DNA of 64,000 bases from Alkalispirochaeta sp. (GCA_965242725.1 CBDESZ010000006.1:1-64000), one strand, 5' to 3'. Shown: positions 18,701 through 29,098, counted from the first letter of the stretch. Notes: a model not told the origin generated them from the sequence alone. A program made the numbers and translations.

Positions 18701-19552
18701 ATGATTATTCAGTCGGCTGCCTTGATGGGAATCCTCGGGTTGCTATTTGCGATATTGCTTGGTTTTGCAAAACGACGATTCTACGTGGAGGTCAATCCAA
18801 GAATCGGGAAGGTGGAAGAGGTTCTTCCCGGGGTCAACTGCGGTGGATGCGGATATCCGTCATGTGCCGCGTATGCGGAAGCGGTGGCGGAAAACGGCGA
18901 GTCGGTTGACCTGTGTGTCGTTGGTGGGTCGGAGACAACTCAGGCGGTGGCACATGCGATGGGCGTCGAGATAGCGGCCGAGGATAAGCAGCGGCAAATC
19001 GCCGTGGTATTCTGCCAGGGGACATCCGAAGCGGCGGCGTTTCCCGGAGAATATCGGGGAATTCCCGACTGCGCGATCGCCATTTCGTCGCAGGATGTTG
19101 CCAAGCGTTGCAAGTACGGATGTGTAGGGCTCGGGTCGTGTGTCAGGGCGTGTCCGTTTGACGCAATACATATTTCGGAATCCGGTATTCCGTATGTCGA
19201 TGCGGAGAAATGTACGGCGTGTGGAAAATGTGTTGAAGCCTGTCCCCGTGATCTCATCGAACTGCATCCGGTTGACCACGACTCGTTTGTCTACTGCAAG
19301 TCCCAGGATCCCGCGGCAGTTGCGCGGAAAGTATGTAAGAAGGCATGCATCGGCTGTACGCTCTGTGTGAAGGCTGCCGCAGCCGACGACAACGAAGGCG
19401 CAGTACGCATGGATCGCAATTTGGCGGTGGTGAACACGGAAAAGTATACGGCCAAGGCTGAATACGGGAAGAAGTGTCCCACTAACGCATACACGACCCG
19501 GGCAAACGTGGTGAATGTTCCGCCTGCGTCGTCGGAGGTACCGGTGCGATGA
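18701..19552 (+). CDS. rnfB: Rnf subunit B
   Basis: LPGVNCGGCGYPSC, CKYGCVGLGSCVRACP, CTACGKCVEACP. Confidence 0.93.
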   Translation: MIIQSAALMGILGLLFAILLGFAKRRFYVEVNPRIGKVEEVLPGVNCGGCGYPSCAAYAEAVAENGESVDLCVVGGSETTQAVAHAMGVEIAAEDKQRQIAVVFCQGTSEAAAFPGEYRGIPDCAIAISSQDVAKRCKYGCVGLGSCVRACPFDAIHISESGIPYVDAEKCTACGKCVEACPRDLIELHPVDHDSFVYCKSQDPAAVARKVCKKACIGCTLCVKAAAADDNEGAVRMDRNLAVVNTEKYTAKAEYGKKCPTNAYTTRANVVNVPPASSEVPVR

Positions 19553-19995
19553 TTGATGAAACGGCCGTCGTTCGATCCTCGTCCGAACGTTCCATCGAGG
19601 TACAGATAATGGCACCCGGAGTATGTGATGCCTGTGAAATCCGTGAACAGTGCTTCCGCAATGACGGACTTATTTCTGTACCACGTCATAGATTATCGAA
19701 TCCGGATCAGATCGACATCGCGGCGGGCACGCGGATCAGGCTTCGTATTGCAAACTCATCAGTCCTTGCCGTGACGGCAATCGTGTACGGCGTACCGCTG
19801 CTCTCATTCATGATTGGTTTGTTTATCGGATACGATGTGGTTTTCGTACGTTCAACGGAAACATTGCGGGCGCTGGCGAGTTTCGCTCTGGCAACAGGCA
19901 CCACTCTCCTTGCCGGTATTGGTATCCTATACTTCGACCGTCGAGTCGCGGGCAATATCAGGTACCAGGTTCACAATCCTGAATCGGTTTCTTGA
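19549..19995 (+). CDS. rseC: RseC/MucC-family protein (SoxR-reducing system)
   Basis: CDACEIREQC motif, VYGVPLL, two TM segments; follows rnfB. Confidence 0.8.
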   Translation: MIDETAVVRSSSERSIEVQIMAPGVCDACEIREQCFRNDGLISVPRHRLSNPDQIDIAAGTRIRLRIANSSVLAVTAIVYGVPLLSFMIGLFIGYDVVFVRSTETLRALASFALATGTTLLAGIGILYFDRRVAGNIRYQVHNPESVS

Positions 19996-20035
19996 GATTT
20001 CACGTTTGCGACGAGCCGGACACGCCGCCGATACA

Positions 20036-20347
20036 TTATGAAATACGGCGGCCGGCGTGAATGATCTTTTCGGAACACATAATGCTTCTATCCGCCGTCG
20101 ACTGATACGACCCGTCCAATACGTCTAATAAACATTCACGCATATGGGCAAAGATGATCTGGTGACGGAGTGTGTCAAAATCGGATCGGAGCCGCTCGAT
20201 TTCACAAAGAACTTGAAGAGACTCCTGTTCATTTGCGATAAGCGTACGGAGGTGTTCACACCGGACCAGCAAGGTCGCCAATGTTTCCGACGCTTTCCCG
20301 CACGTTTCCTGAACAGATCCATCGTGTCCGTGTAATCCGTGGTTCAT
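20036..20347 (-). CDS. CsoR/RcnR-family metal-sensing repressor (divergent)
   Basis: Helical ~100 aa with QVL and HMREC (H-x3-C). The first conserved Cys appears replaced; His-rich N-terminus; CsoR-type operator directly upstream. Confidence 0.65.
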   Translation of the reverse strand: MNHGLHGHDGSVQETCGKASETLATLLVRCEHLRTLIANEQESLQVLCEIERLRSDFDTLRHQIIFAHMRECLLDVLDGSYQSTADRSIMCSEKIIHAGRRIS

Positions 20348-20357
20348 CGTACAATAC

Positions 20358-20376
20358 TATACCCCCAATAGGTATA
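20358..20376 (-). promoter_or_regulatory. CsoR-type operator overlapping the promoter of the csoR-like gene
   Basis: TATACC-CCCAATA-GGTATA (ATACC-N7-GGTAT with a C/G tract). Confidence 0.7.
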
Positions 20377-20458
20377 AATACACAACCCGACGCCGACGAG
20401 CATCATCACCCAGGGAGCTATCGGACTTTATAGCGAGAAGGTCGTCAGATTTGACAGG

Positions 20459-21385
20459 TTATCGAGAATTATATCCGCCGCGACGAAACGTATTACTGAT
20501 TTTAAGGAAGGGTGCCGGATCTACCACTTCGTCTCCCATCATGACTTCAAAATGGAGATGGGTGCCGGTAGCAATCCCCGTTTGACCCATCAATCCAACG
20601 GTCTCGCCCTGAACAACGCGTTGCCCTTTGGATACAGAGATCTCGCCCATGTGTGGATACCGCGTGCTGTATCCATATTTATGACGAACTACTACCTGAT
20701 ACCCATATCCCGGATCGTATGCTGCAACGGTGACGAGGCCATCCGCACTACTGACTATCGGTGTTCCTGGATAACCTGCGATGTCAAATCCTTTATGAAG
20801 GTACCATTGGCCTGTTATCGGATGAATATTCGGTCCGAACTCCATCGAAACGTTGCCGCCGTTGCCGCCGACGGGCCACGCATTCGGAATATCGCGTAAT
20901 ACCCGAGAAAGCATTTCCTGTGTCTGCGAAACACCGGCCAATAACTCGGTCGTTCGATCCAACTCAGTTGATAGGTGTTTCACAGATAACGGCAGCGTCG
21001 ACGAGACCCCGGCGTCCTCGTCGAAAAAAGATTGAACGCCGATCGAGGAGACCGGATCGGGATTATAGTCACCGCGCCGTTGTGTTGGAACCATGAGATC
21101 GGCCAACGGTTCAACCTCATTTTCAAAGCGTCGTGCAAACTGTTCGATAGTGTCCAGCTCTTGTAGGATTGCATCGAGATTCGCTTGTACGTCGGTACTT
21201 TCCGAACGTTGATCCGCAATCGTCGTTTGGCCGACATCGAGTTGAACGAGAATTAACAATCCAACAATGATGGAACCAACCAAAACAACCCCGGCGAGAA
21301 TAGTTCCGGAATTGATTGAAAACGACAACGGTGCCCGGGCGGAATCAAATAGTACCGAAATCGTATATCGTTGCCCAATCTTCAT
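20459..21385 (-). CDS. M23-family metallopeptidase
   Basis: HKGFD and HLHFEV motifs after a TM and coiled coil. Confidence 0.9.
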   Translation of the reverse strand: MKIGQRYTISVLFDSARAPLSFSINSGTILAGVVLVGSIIVGLLILVQLDVGQTTIADQRSESTDVQANLDAILQELDTIEQFARRFENEVEPLADLMVPTQRRGDYNPDPVSSIGVQSFFDEDAGVSSTLPLSVKHLSTELDRTTELLAGVSQTQEMLSRVLRDIPNAWPVGGNGGNVSMEFGPNIHPITGQWYLHKGFDIAGYPGTPIVSSADGLVTVAAYDPGYGYQVVVRHKYGYSTRYPHMGEISVSKGQRVVQGETVGLMGQTGIATGTHLHFEVMMGDEVVDPAPFLKISNTFRRGGYNSR

Positions 21386-21605
21386 ATAACCTGCCTGAAA
21401 AAATATGAATTAAACACTTGGCGACTACAGTGTTGGACGGCGCAACAAACCGGATGGTGCAGACGAGTGTGAATCGCGATACTACAGCCAATACGTCGTA
21501 ACAACCTTACGAGAGCCGATGCTCCGATCGGAACAAGGATATCTGTTGGCCACAATCGACTCCCGCGTAGGTTTTACGAGCTATTCCTCATTTATTCCGG
21601 ATGTC

Positions 21606-22673
21606 TTATGCCACCGTCACCTCGTCGGAAAGGTATACGTCCTGGATCGCATTCAGTAGTTTGATGCCTTCGTCGGTTGGGCGCTGAAAGGCCTTGCGTC
21701 CGGAAATGAGACCCATACCTCCGGCCCGTTTGTTGATGACGGCAGTCCGGACGGCGGTCTTAAGATCGTCGTCTCCCGAAGAAGCACCGCCGGAGTTAAT
21801 CAGCCCGGCGCGTCCCATATAGCCGTTCATCACCTGATAGCGGGTCAGATCTATGGGATGGTCGGTAGATAGCTCGGTGTACATACGTTCGTCGAATTTC
21901 CCAAAGGAAGCATCTCCCTTGTTCAGCGCTTTGTACCCTCCATTGAGGGTGGGCGCTTTTTGCTTGACGATGTCCGCCTCAATGGTCACACCGAGGTGGT
22001 TGGCCTGACCCGTCAGGTCCGCCGCCGTATGGTAGTCCGTACCACCGGTCTTGAATGCACCGTTGCGGGTATAGCACCAGAGAACGGTTGCCATGCCCAG
22101 TTCATGGGCGCGATAAAACGCCTCCGCCACCTCGATAATCTGTCGGTTGGATTCCTCAGAACCGAAATAGATAGTGGCCCCAACGGCAACCGCTCCCATG
22201 TCGTACGCCTGGTTCACCGTGCCGAACATGATCTGGTCATGGGTATTGGGATAACTCAATAGTTCGTTGTGATTCAGTTTCACCAGAAAGGGTATCTTGT
22301 GGGCATATTTCCTGGCGACCGATCCCAGAACACCAAACGTCGATGCCACGGCATTGCATCCGCCGTCAATTGCAAGACGAACGATGTTCTCTCCGTCGAA
22401 GTACGCCGGGTTGGGGGCAAAGCTGGCGCCGCCGGAGTGCTCAATGCCCTGGTCCACCGGAAGGATGGAGAGATAGCCCGTCCCCGCCAACCGGCCATGG
22501 GAAAACAGTGTCTCAAGATTACGCAGTACCCGGGGAGAACGATCGGAAATTGCCCACACCCGATCGACAAAGTCCGGACCGGGAAGGTGGAGATGATCTC
22601 TGGATACTTTTGCTTTGTGCGTCAACAGGTCCTGTGCTTCCTTACCGAGAATGCCCTCAATATCGATTGCCAT
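21606..22673 (-). CDS. fbaB: Class I fructose-bisphosphate aldolase (DhnA type)
   Basis: [38 protein letters not shown] before MAIDIEG. Confidence 0.93.
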   Translation of the reverse strand: MAIDIEGILGKEAQDLLTHKAKVSRDHLHLPGPDFVDRVWAISDRSPRVLRNLETLFSHGRLAGTGYLSILPVDQGIEHSGGASFAPNPAYFDGENIVRLAIDGGCNAVASTFGVLGSVARKYAHKIPFLVKLNHNELLSYPNTHDQIMFGTVNQAYDMGAVAVGATIYFGSEESNRQIIEVAEAFYRAHELGMATVLWCYTRNGAFKTGGTDYHTAADLTGQANHLGVTIEADIVKQKAPTLNGGYKALNKGDASFGKFDERMYTELSTDHPIDLTRYQVMNGYMGRAGLINSGGASSGDDDLKTAVRTAVINKRAGGMGLISGRKAFQRPTDEGIKLLNAIQDVYLSDEVTVA

Positions 22674-22775
22674 GTTGTTACCTCCTGCCGCATCGAGGTG
22701 GGCGGCTCGTTTTTTGGCTGCCGACACCTGCCGCGTACCGTTCGATACGGCCGCAACGCAGTGTCACGCAAAATT

Positions 22776-23165
22776 TCACTTCAATGACGTGATCACCCGT
22801 TCAAGTCTTTGGCGAATCTCGTCGGCGATCGGGCGAAGTTTATCATTGTTCACCGCTTCCATCGAGCTCACCGGGTCAACGGCGGCGATTTCCACGTGTC
22901 CCGGCTCCCGCTCCTGGACAATGACGTTACACGGGAGCATCGTCCCAATCTTATTTTCCGCTTCCAGCGCTTTGTGCGCGTACGGCGGGTTGCACGCCCC
23001 GAGGATACGATAATTGTAATAATCAATATCCAGTTTCTTTTTCATGGTTGCCTTGACGTCGATATCGGTTAAGACGCCGAAACCTTCCGTTTTGAGTGCT
23101 TCCGTTACCGCGTCAATACTTTCATCAAACGGGCGATTCAGGGTTGTTGAAATGTAGTAAGTCAT
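22776..23165 (-). CDS. DUF302-domain protein
   Basis: EGFGVLTDIDV...YRILGACNP...IGTMLPCNVIV. Confidence 0.9.
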   Translation of the reverse strand: MTYYISTTLNRPFDESIDAVTEALKTEGFGVLTDIDVKATMKKKLDIDYYNYRILGACNPPYAHKALEAENKIGTMLPCNVIVQEREPGHVEIAAVDPVSSMEAVNNDKLRPIADEIRQRLERVITSLK

Positions 23166-23540
23166 ACGTTCTCCTTGTTGATATTACTCTTTTATCGTCT
23201 TCAGACGGCGTTCATTGCCGGCTGAAAACCTGACGGGTTTAAGTGTACACATGTTCCGGAGTTGCGTTGTGACGGTTATATTACGATTTGTCGACGCTTA
23301 TATGTCGGAGGTAGTTGGATTGGAGTAACCGGCAACCGGATGATGACTCAGCTCAACCAGGAAGACGGAAACGATGCAGCGTACGGGTACGGATCCGGTG
23401 TCGGTCGCTTTTGATATGACGATAGGCGCCGCCGCTTCAAGCGATTATTCGTGCAAATGAGTATGTGCGGATTGAAGTGGGCGCGGGATACCTTCCCACC
23501 GGCGGTGCCGATCTACCGGGATTATCCGGCTCCGATCTCA

Positions 23541-23716
23541 GCGGTCCCAAGGCAACCGTGACTACGAGCTTTGGAAGGTGGTAGACGGGCGGTGACACAC
23601 CACGCGTCCGCGCCGCTCCTTCCTTCGTTTCTATTTATCTTATATCGAACTTCGTTCTGCCGAGTTTTTACCCGGTAGCGCAGTTTCAACTGGATCGTAT
23701 CGGTTGGAGGGACCGC
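23541..23716. ncRNA. Candidate structured RNA (unassigned)
   Basis: Long-range pairing GCGGTCCC..CAACCG / CGGTTG..GGGACCGC enclosing several hairpins in a 650-bp intergenic gap. Confidence 0.3.
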
Positions 23717-23821
23717 CGTGTCAGGTCTTGATTGCTCCCTGCGATGTGAAACTCTCACAAGCGGTGTACCGCATTCCATTGCCTTATGAGGCTCTTTCAA
23801 GATTGCATTTGATAAAGCCTC

Positions 23822-24199
23822 TTATGATACGGTGTCACGCGGAATCATCTGGAAATGGTGATCTGCTTCGAGCAGATCCAGCCTGTGGACCCGTGCCGTA
23901 GCAGCCACGATCAGATCGGTCGCCGGCACGGTGATTCCCTTCTTACGGCAGCTCGTTGCCAGGTTATTCGCCGTCATCCACACCACATCAGATATCGGAA
24001 CCCGGTCTAGGGTTTCCGTAATCCGGCGCAGCTTGGAACGTTCCCTATCACCGCGGGCTCCATTCCACAACTCAAGAATAACGATATTGCACAGAACGGC
24101 GTGGCCGGTTTCAAGAAGAGTGGCCACGCGGGTCCGAACCGAAAGATCGCCGTCTTTACGAAGTGCTTCGATCCAGGCTGAGGTATCAATAAGTGTCAT
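23822..24199 (-). CDS. vapC: PIN-domain VapC toxin
   Basis: LIDTSAWIE...ILELWNG...TDLIVAATA...ADHHF. Confidence 0.92.
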   Translation of the reverse strand: MTLIDTSAWIEALRKDGDLSVRTRVATLLETGHAVLCNIVILELWNGARGDRERSKLRRITETLDRVPISDVVWMTANNLATSCRKKGITVPATDLIVAATARVHRLDLLEADHHFQMIPRDTVS

Positions 24200-24399
24200 G
24201 AATCACTCCGTTGCGCCTCAAGTTCCTCCTGATCCATAAAGTCTTCAAATGTTCCGAGCAAACTGGTCAGTTCTTCTGAACGTCGTATCCGTACGAATTC
24301 TTCAAGAGCGACCGTAATCGCTTCTTTCTTTGTCCTTTTTTTTGATGCTTTTTGTACGGCAGAAATAAGCTCCTGCGGAATATCGAAGGTCGTTTTCAT
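24196..24399 (-). CDS. vapB: VapB antitoxin
   Basis: MKTTFDIPQELI...TKKEAITVALEEFVR; ATGA overlap with vapC. Confidence 0.85.
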   Translation of the reverse strand: MKTTFDIPQELISAVQKASKKRTKKEAITVALEEFVRIRRSEELTSLLGTFEDFMDQEELEAQRSDS

Positions 24400-24463
24400 A
24401 CATATAGGATACAACTTCTTTACGGTATTTTCTACAAGCGAAAGAGGCGGTTTGCCGCCGTCA

Positions 24464-24531
24464 GCTTCCGCCGCAACGGCGTAACCTTTGCCTGCCTCAC
24501 CGGCCCGGGCAGCTTCAATCGCCGCAAAGAG
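24464..24531 (-). pseudogene. Methyl-accepting chemotaxis protein fragment
   Basis: LFAAIEAARAGEAGKGYAVAAE, the MCP signalling-tip motif only. Confidence 0.65.
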
Positions 24532-25002
24532 AATGACTATACCCCCAATAGTACTCATATTTCGGTACATTTTATACTTCTTATACTTCGAGGGGGGTAC
24601 GCATGAGTGCGAACAAGTCCCGTCGGTTGAAGAAGAGGAACCTCCCGGCGGCTCCAGGGTGCCGGAGGGGTACCACATTTCAACTATGAACGATTTCCCG
24701 CCATACGAGGACGACTCACTCTATTTACCGCCAAACACTATCCGGGTGTACCGTTCGTATCGTGGAACGACCGGCGTTGGCAAATGCGAAACCGCGTAAC
24801 GCTTTATCCACATAAGCGCGGCTGAGCGCGCCGCGCTGCCGTACCGGCAACGGGGGGCGGTATGGTGCCCCGTGCGATCACACCTTGCTACCTCTCACTG
24901 GTCAGTCCTGACGACCCCGCGGGTTTACTCTACTTCGCACTCGCTGGTTCTTCTTGAGAATCGATTTCACGGGTACATTTATCGGAAAGCGGGAGGAGGC
25001 CC

Positions 25003-25034
25003 TTGACCCTTAACCCTCCTTTAACCTGTAACTT
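25003..25034 (+). promoter_or_regulatory. MerR-type long-spacer promoter (paralogous copy)
   Basis: TTGACC-20 nt-TAACTT, ATG 6 nt later; same geometry as 39933-39964. Confidence 0.55.
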
Positions 25035-25040
25035 GTAGGC

Positions 25041-26496
25041 ATGAGTGATTCGAAACCTACAAAGAAATGACGCTTTGACCTGAAGGTGCTCCTTCCGGAT
25101 GTGCCTGATGAACGAGACGCCTGTGTTGACCGTCTGACCCGGGCGCTCGAATACCACGAGGGGAGAGAGCTTGCGCACTTCGTTTTGGAGAGTTCGCCTA
25201 CGGAACTCTGCATTCACTACGATCCGGGTGTCCTCGCCATTCTCTCCGGCGTCTTTCTTGGGGCAGGCTCCTTCGGGGAGCTTTTGATAGATATGCCCCG
25301 CACGGCCGCCCTTACCCTCTATGGCGCCGCCTATCTCGCCGGAGGATTCAACACCGTGCGGGCGGTCGTGGACAACACGGAACGTGATATCCCCGTGGAC
25401 GAGCTCAAAAAAGGGATGATCGTGGTCGTCAGAGCCGGCGAGCGCCTGCCGATCGACGGAGATATCGAAGAGGAAAACAGCTCGATTGATCAATCTTCGG
25501 TCACCGGTGAACGGCAACAATACTATTCGCATTATAGTGACCAAGCCGGAAAAAGACTCCACTCTCTCCCGGGTGATCAAAATGGTGGAGGAAGCGTAAT
25601 CCCGGCAATCACCTTCCCAACGCTTCGCGGAACGGTTTACGCGAGTCTTCGTTCCCGCCGTTCTGGCGATCGTATTGCTCACCATAGCTTAGCCTCCTCT
25701 GCTCGGGTGGTTGCCCTTCTCCGAGGCCTTTCTTTGGGTGATGATAATTCTGGTTGCCGCATCTCCATGCGCTCTGGCAATCGCTACACCGGCGGCGATC
25801 TTGGAGAAGACGGGCACCATCACTTCCGGAGAATTCCAGATAACCGATCTCTCGGCATACGGTGAGTCTGGTGAGGAGGAGCTTCTCTCTACGGCCGCAG
25901 CCCTCGAGGCGGGAAGCAACCACCCCCTGGCCGCGGCGGTTCAACGGTTTGTGGATGCGCGGGGGACCGTCGTCGAGAGGGCGCAGGAAGTTGAAGCGGT
26001 CGGCGGAAAAGGAGTTACCGGGAGCGTTGATGGAAAGGCGGTACGGATTGGAAACCGTAAACTCTTTGCGGAGGGCTCCATTCCGGAGACGATAGAGCAG
26101 TCGGTGCAGGCGTACCAAAGGGAAGGCAAGACGTGCATGATGGTCCAGAGGGAGTTCGCTTTACTCTGGGTGCTTGCGCTTTAGAATCGGCCGCGAGAAG
26201 GGGCGAAGGGTGTAGTAGAGCAACTGAGGAAACTCGGAATCGGTCGGACTATCCTCATTACCGGTGACAACGGCGATGTGGCGAAGTCTATCGCGGAAGA
26301 GGTTGGGTTAGATGAGGATCGCGCTGAACTTATGCCGGAGGACAAGGTTACGGCCGTCAACGAGCTTGAGAACGAGTACGGCTCAGTTGCCATGGTTGGA
26401 GACGGCGTCAACGACGCTCGTGCCTTGGCGACGGCAACGGTAGGCATCGCGATAGGCGCCGGAGGTACGGACGTCAGTCTGGAAAGCGCGGACGTT
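25041..26496 (+). pseudogene. Degraded paralog of the P1B-4 ATPase at 39971-42322
   Basis: Colinear blocks (LLPDVPDERDAC, AASPCALAIATP, GDGVND). TGA at 25068, several deletions including loss of the Asp of DKTGT, frameshifts, 3' truncation. Confidence 0.9.
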
Positions 26497-27185
26497 CAGT
26501 ATCCGGCAAATTCTTCAGAACAGACCATAAAAGGTTTCACTCGCGTGAGGAAGAGGAAATTTCTCACTGAATCAACCATGGCGGGCGGGCCGGCAACGTT
26601 CCAGATGCAGCGGTGCGCGCCACCAACCGCGCGACCCACTTCGGAGATGTGGTGCTGCTCAATCGGCCCCTCGATGTGCTGCACCGTAACGTTGATTGCC
26701 ATTGAAGCTGTCTGAGCCAGTTCCTCGCGATACGCCGTGGACTCACGCGATCTGTTGGCATACAGCAACGTGAAGTCGACCGGTATAGATCGGAGCACCA
26801 CCGTTCGGATCATGCTGACGTACGGTGTAACCCCAATTCCGCCGGCGACACATACGATCGGCCGGCGGGGTTGCTCCGGGAGTGTGAAGTAGCCGTGTGG
26901 CCCCTCCAGCTTCACCGACGAACCGAGGGGCAACTCCGCCAGGGTGCGTTTGTAGCCGCTTCCGGTCTCCCGAAACGCAAACGTGAGGATATCCCTCTCG
27001 GACGGCGAGGAGATCATTGACATCACCCGTGAGCGTCCTTTGAAGTCGGAGTGCGCGAGCTTGGGTACCGCAACCTGCATGTACTGCCCAGGCTGATACT
27101 TGAGTCTTTTCGGCAGGCCAACGGAAATTTCAAGTGTCCTGCTTGCCACTCGTCGCTTGCCTATGATCGTCGTCTCATAGATCAT
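26496..27185 (-). CDS. FAD/NAD(P)-binding ferredoxin-reductase-like oxidoreductase
   Basis: [42 protein letters not shown]. Confidence 0.88.
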   Translation of the reverse strand: MIYETTIIGKRRVASRTLEISVGLPKRLKYQPGQYMQVAVPKLAHSDFKGRSRVMSMISSPSERDILTFAFRETGSGYKRTLAELPLGSSVKLEGPHGYFTLPEQPRRPIVCVAGGIGVTPYVSMIRTVVLRSIPVDFTLLYANRSRESTAYREELAQTASMAINVTVQHIEGPIEQHHISEVGRAVGGAHRCIWNVAGPPAMVDSVRNFLFLTRVKPFMVCSEEFAGY

Positions 27186-27198
27186 GGTCAATCCTACC

Positions 27199-27840
27199 TC
27201 ACTGCGCGGGAGTCGAAGTGGTGCCGGCCGGGAGTTCAAAAGTCGCATCCGGTATCGGCTCTCCGACGCTGGTGATCATCACGGTTATGGTTTCACCGTT
27301 CGCCGGCAACTCCTGAGTGCCGACTCCGTACGTGGCTGCCCATACCCCGGGCCCTCGCGCTATTTCCAGTAGGTCGATATCTTCAGGTTGCACACTCTCA
27401 TAGAAGGTCCACGTCAGGTCCCCATCCGTCCCGGCCCGGGCCGCGTAAAATCGTTGACGGTCATATCTGAAAATCTGATCCGTCACCGTCCGCCCGTCAA
27501 CCTCCACGGTTTGTCGATAGAACGGTTTTGTGTCAAGATCCCGTGCCCAGAGCGAGATGAGTTGTTCGCCACTATAGATCGTCATCGTAAAGGTCGTGGC
27601 GTACGGCTGAGTACCACGATCATTCGCCACACCCAGCGGTGCCGACGACGATGGTTCCCTGCCCATCCGGCCCGTCGGACCGGGTGTGGACCAGAGAGAG
27701 ATTGCCGCCACACCGACGAAGGGCAGCAGGAACAACACCGTCACGCCGATCACGAGCGCGCGATCCGCCCAACGCCCGGCACTCCGTACCGGCGTGGACT
27801 CCGTTATCTCTTGAATCTTACGGGGTGTTCTCTTGTTCAT
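27199..27840 (-). CDS. Hypothetical membrane-anchored protein
   Basis: One N-terminal TM; C-terminal IPDATFELPAG resembles LolA-fold tails; sits between two same-strand genes. Confidence 0.55.
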   Translation of the reverse strand: MNKRTPRKIQEITESTPVRSAGRWADRALVIGVTVLFLLPFVGVAAISLWSTPGPTGRMGREPSSSAPLGVANDRGTQPYATTFTMTIYSGEQLISLWARDLDTKPFYRQTVEVDGRTVTDQIFRYDRQRFYAARAGTDGDLTWTFYESVQPEDIDLLEIARGPGVWAATYGVGTQELPANGETITVMITSVGEPIPDATFELPAGTTSTPAQ

Positions 27841-27909
27841 TTACGTACCTGGAGTTCCCCCGAAAACGTAGACACCATGTACACTCAGAAATGAGGAAAG
27901 GATGGTGGT

Positions 27910-28197
27910 ATGGGAAGTCCAAGATACACGGACGAGTTCAAGCGCGAAGCGGTGACGCAAGTGCTGGAAAGAGGATACACGGTGGTCGAGGTCGCCAAGC
28001 GAATCGGTGTTTCGAGGAACAGTCTCTCGAAGTGGCTTAGCGAGGATCCAAGAAATCCTGATTCGACGCAAGCAGAAGCTACGAACAAAGACCTTCAGGT
28101 GGAAAATGCACGATTGAAGGCTGAGCTTCGGCGAGTTCAGGAAGAGCGGGACATACTAAAAAAAGCCGCGGCATACTTCGCAAATCAGTCCGAGTGA
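27910..28197 (+). CDS. IS3 transposase OrfA
   Basis: RYTDEFKREAV...ERDILKKAAAYF. Confidence 0.93.
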   Translation: MGSPRYTDEFKREAVTQVLERGYTVVEVAKRIGVSRNSLSKWLSEDPRNPDSTQAEATNKDLQVENARLKAELRRVQEERDILKKAAAYFANQSE

Positions 28198-29054
28198 GGT
28201 ATGCCTTCATCAGCGACCATAGGACCGAGTTTCGCGTGGTATCTATGTGCCGAGTTCTAAAAGTGCATCGTAGTGGATTCTATGCGTGGCTCAATCGACC
28301 AGATTCGAATCGAACCCAGGAGAACGAGCGGCTTCGCAGGAGAATCACGTTCTTCTGGGAGGAGAGTGATCGGGTTTACGGCAGTCCTCGGATCTACGCG
28401 GATTTGCGAGAGGATGGCGAGCATTGCGGAAAGAACCGTGTTGCCCGAATCATGCGAGAGAATGGCATCCAAGCTGAGAGAGGACTCAAGAAACGCGTAC
28501 AACGTTACGGAAAGCCCTCTCAGACGGCGGACAATCTTCTCGGACAGGAGTTCTCCTACGAACAACCAGATCAGGCGTGGGTCATCGACATCACCTACGT
28601 GAGGACTTTCGAAGGATGGCTCTATCTCGCGGTCGTAATGGACCTCTATTCTCGACGAATCATTGGTTGGTCGATGCAGAAGACGCTCCACCGAGACCTG
28701 GTTCTTCAAGCGTTATTGATGGCGATATGGAGACGGCAAACACGGCCTGGACTCATCATCCACTCCGATCAAGGTTCTCAGTTTGGCAGTGATGACTGGG
28801 TTCGTTTTTGCGATGAGCACGGACTACAGCGGAGTATGAGTCGCCGGGGTAACTGTTACGACAACGCCGCCGTGGAGGCATTTTTCAGCAGTCTTAAGAA
28901 AGAGCGTATAAGACGGCGAGTCTACAGGACTCGGGCTCAGGCACGCGCTGATATCTTTGATTACATCGAGGTCTTCTACAACAAGAAACGACGGCATGAG
29001 TATCTCGGCGGGATGTCTCCCGTGGAGTATGAGCAGCTACGCTGCGCAGGCTAA
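28194..29054 (+). CDS. IS3 transposase OrfB
   Basis: WVIDITY, HSDQGSQF, GNCYDNAAVEAFF. Confidence 0.93.
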   Translation: MRYAFISDHRTEFRVVSMCRVLKVHRSGFYAWLNRPDSNRTQENERLRRRITFFWEESDRVYGSPRIYADLREDGEHCGKNRVARIMRENGIQAERGLKKRVQRYGKPSQTADNLLGQEFSYEQPDQAWVIDITYVRTFEGWLYLAVVMDLYSRRIIGWSMQKTLHRDLVLQALLMAIWRRQTRPGLIIHSDQGSQFGSDDWVRFCDEHGLQRSMSRRGNCYDNAAVEAFFSSLKKERIRRRVYRTRAQARADIFDYIEVFYNKKRRHEYLGGMSPVEYEQLRCAG

Positions 29055-29098
29055 GAGTGTCTACAAAACTGGGGGAATTCCAACCCGTCCCTGTGGCT

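Larger units (their letters stand above)
27850..29082 (+). mobile_element. Complete IS3-family element
   Basis: IRL TGGAGTTCCCCCGAAAACGTAGACAC; IRR revcomp TGGAATTCCCCCAGTTTTGTAGACAC; 3-bp target duplication ACC (27847-49 / 29083-85); A7G at 28158-28165. Confidence 0.95.

Noticed and set aside
23541..23716. SRP RNA or TPP/cobalamin/FMN riboswitch
   Set aside because: Diagnostic conserved motifs are not present; left unassigned.
24536..24556. Fourth CsoR operator
   Set aside because: The right half-site GGTAT is missing and no intact gene is appropriately placed.
24400..24678. 160-aa antitoxin ORF
   Set aside because: Chance in-frame join of an MCP scar to the 67-aa VapB.
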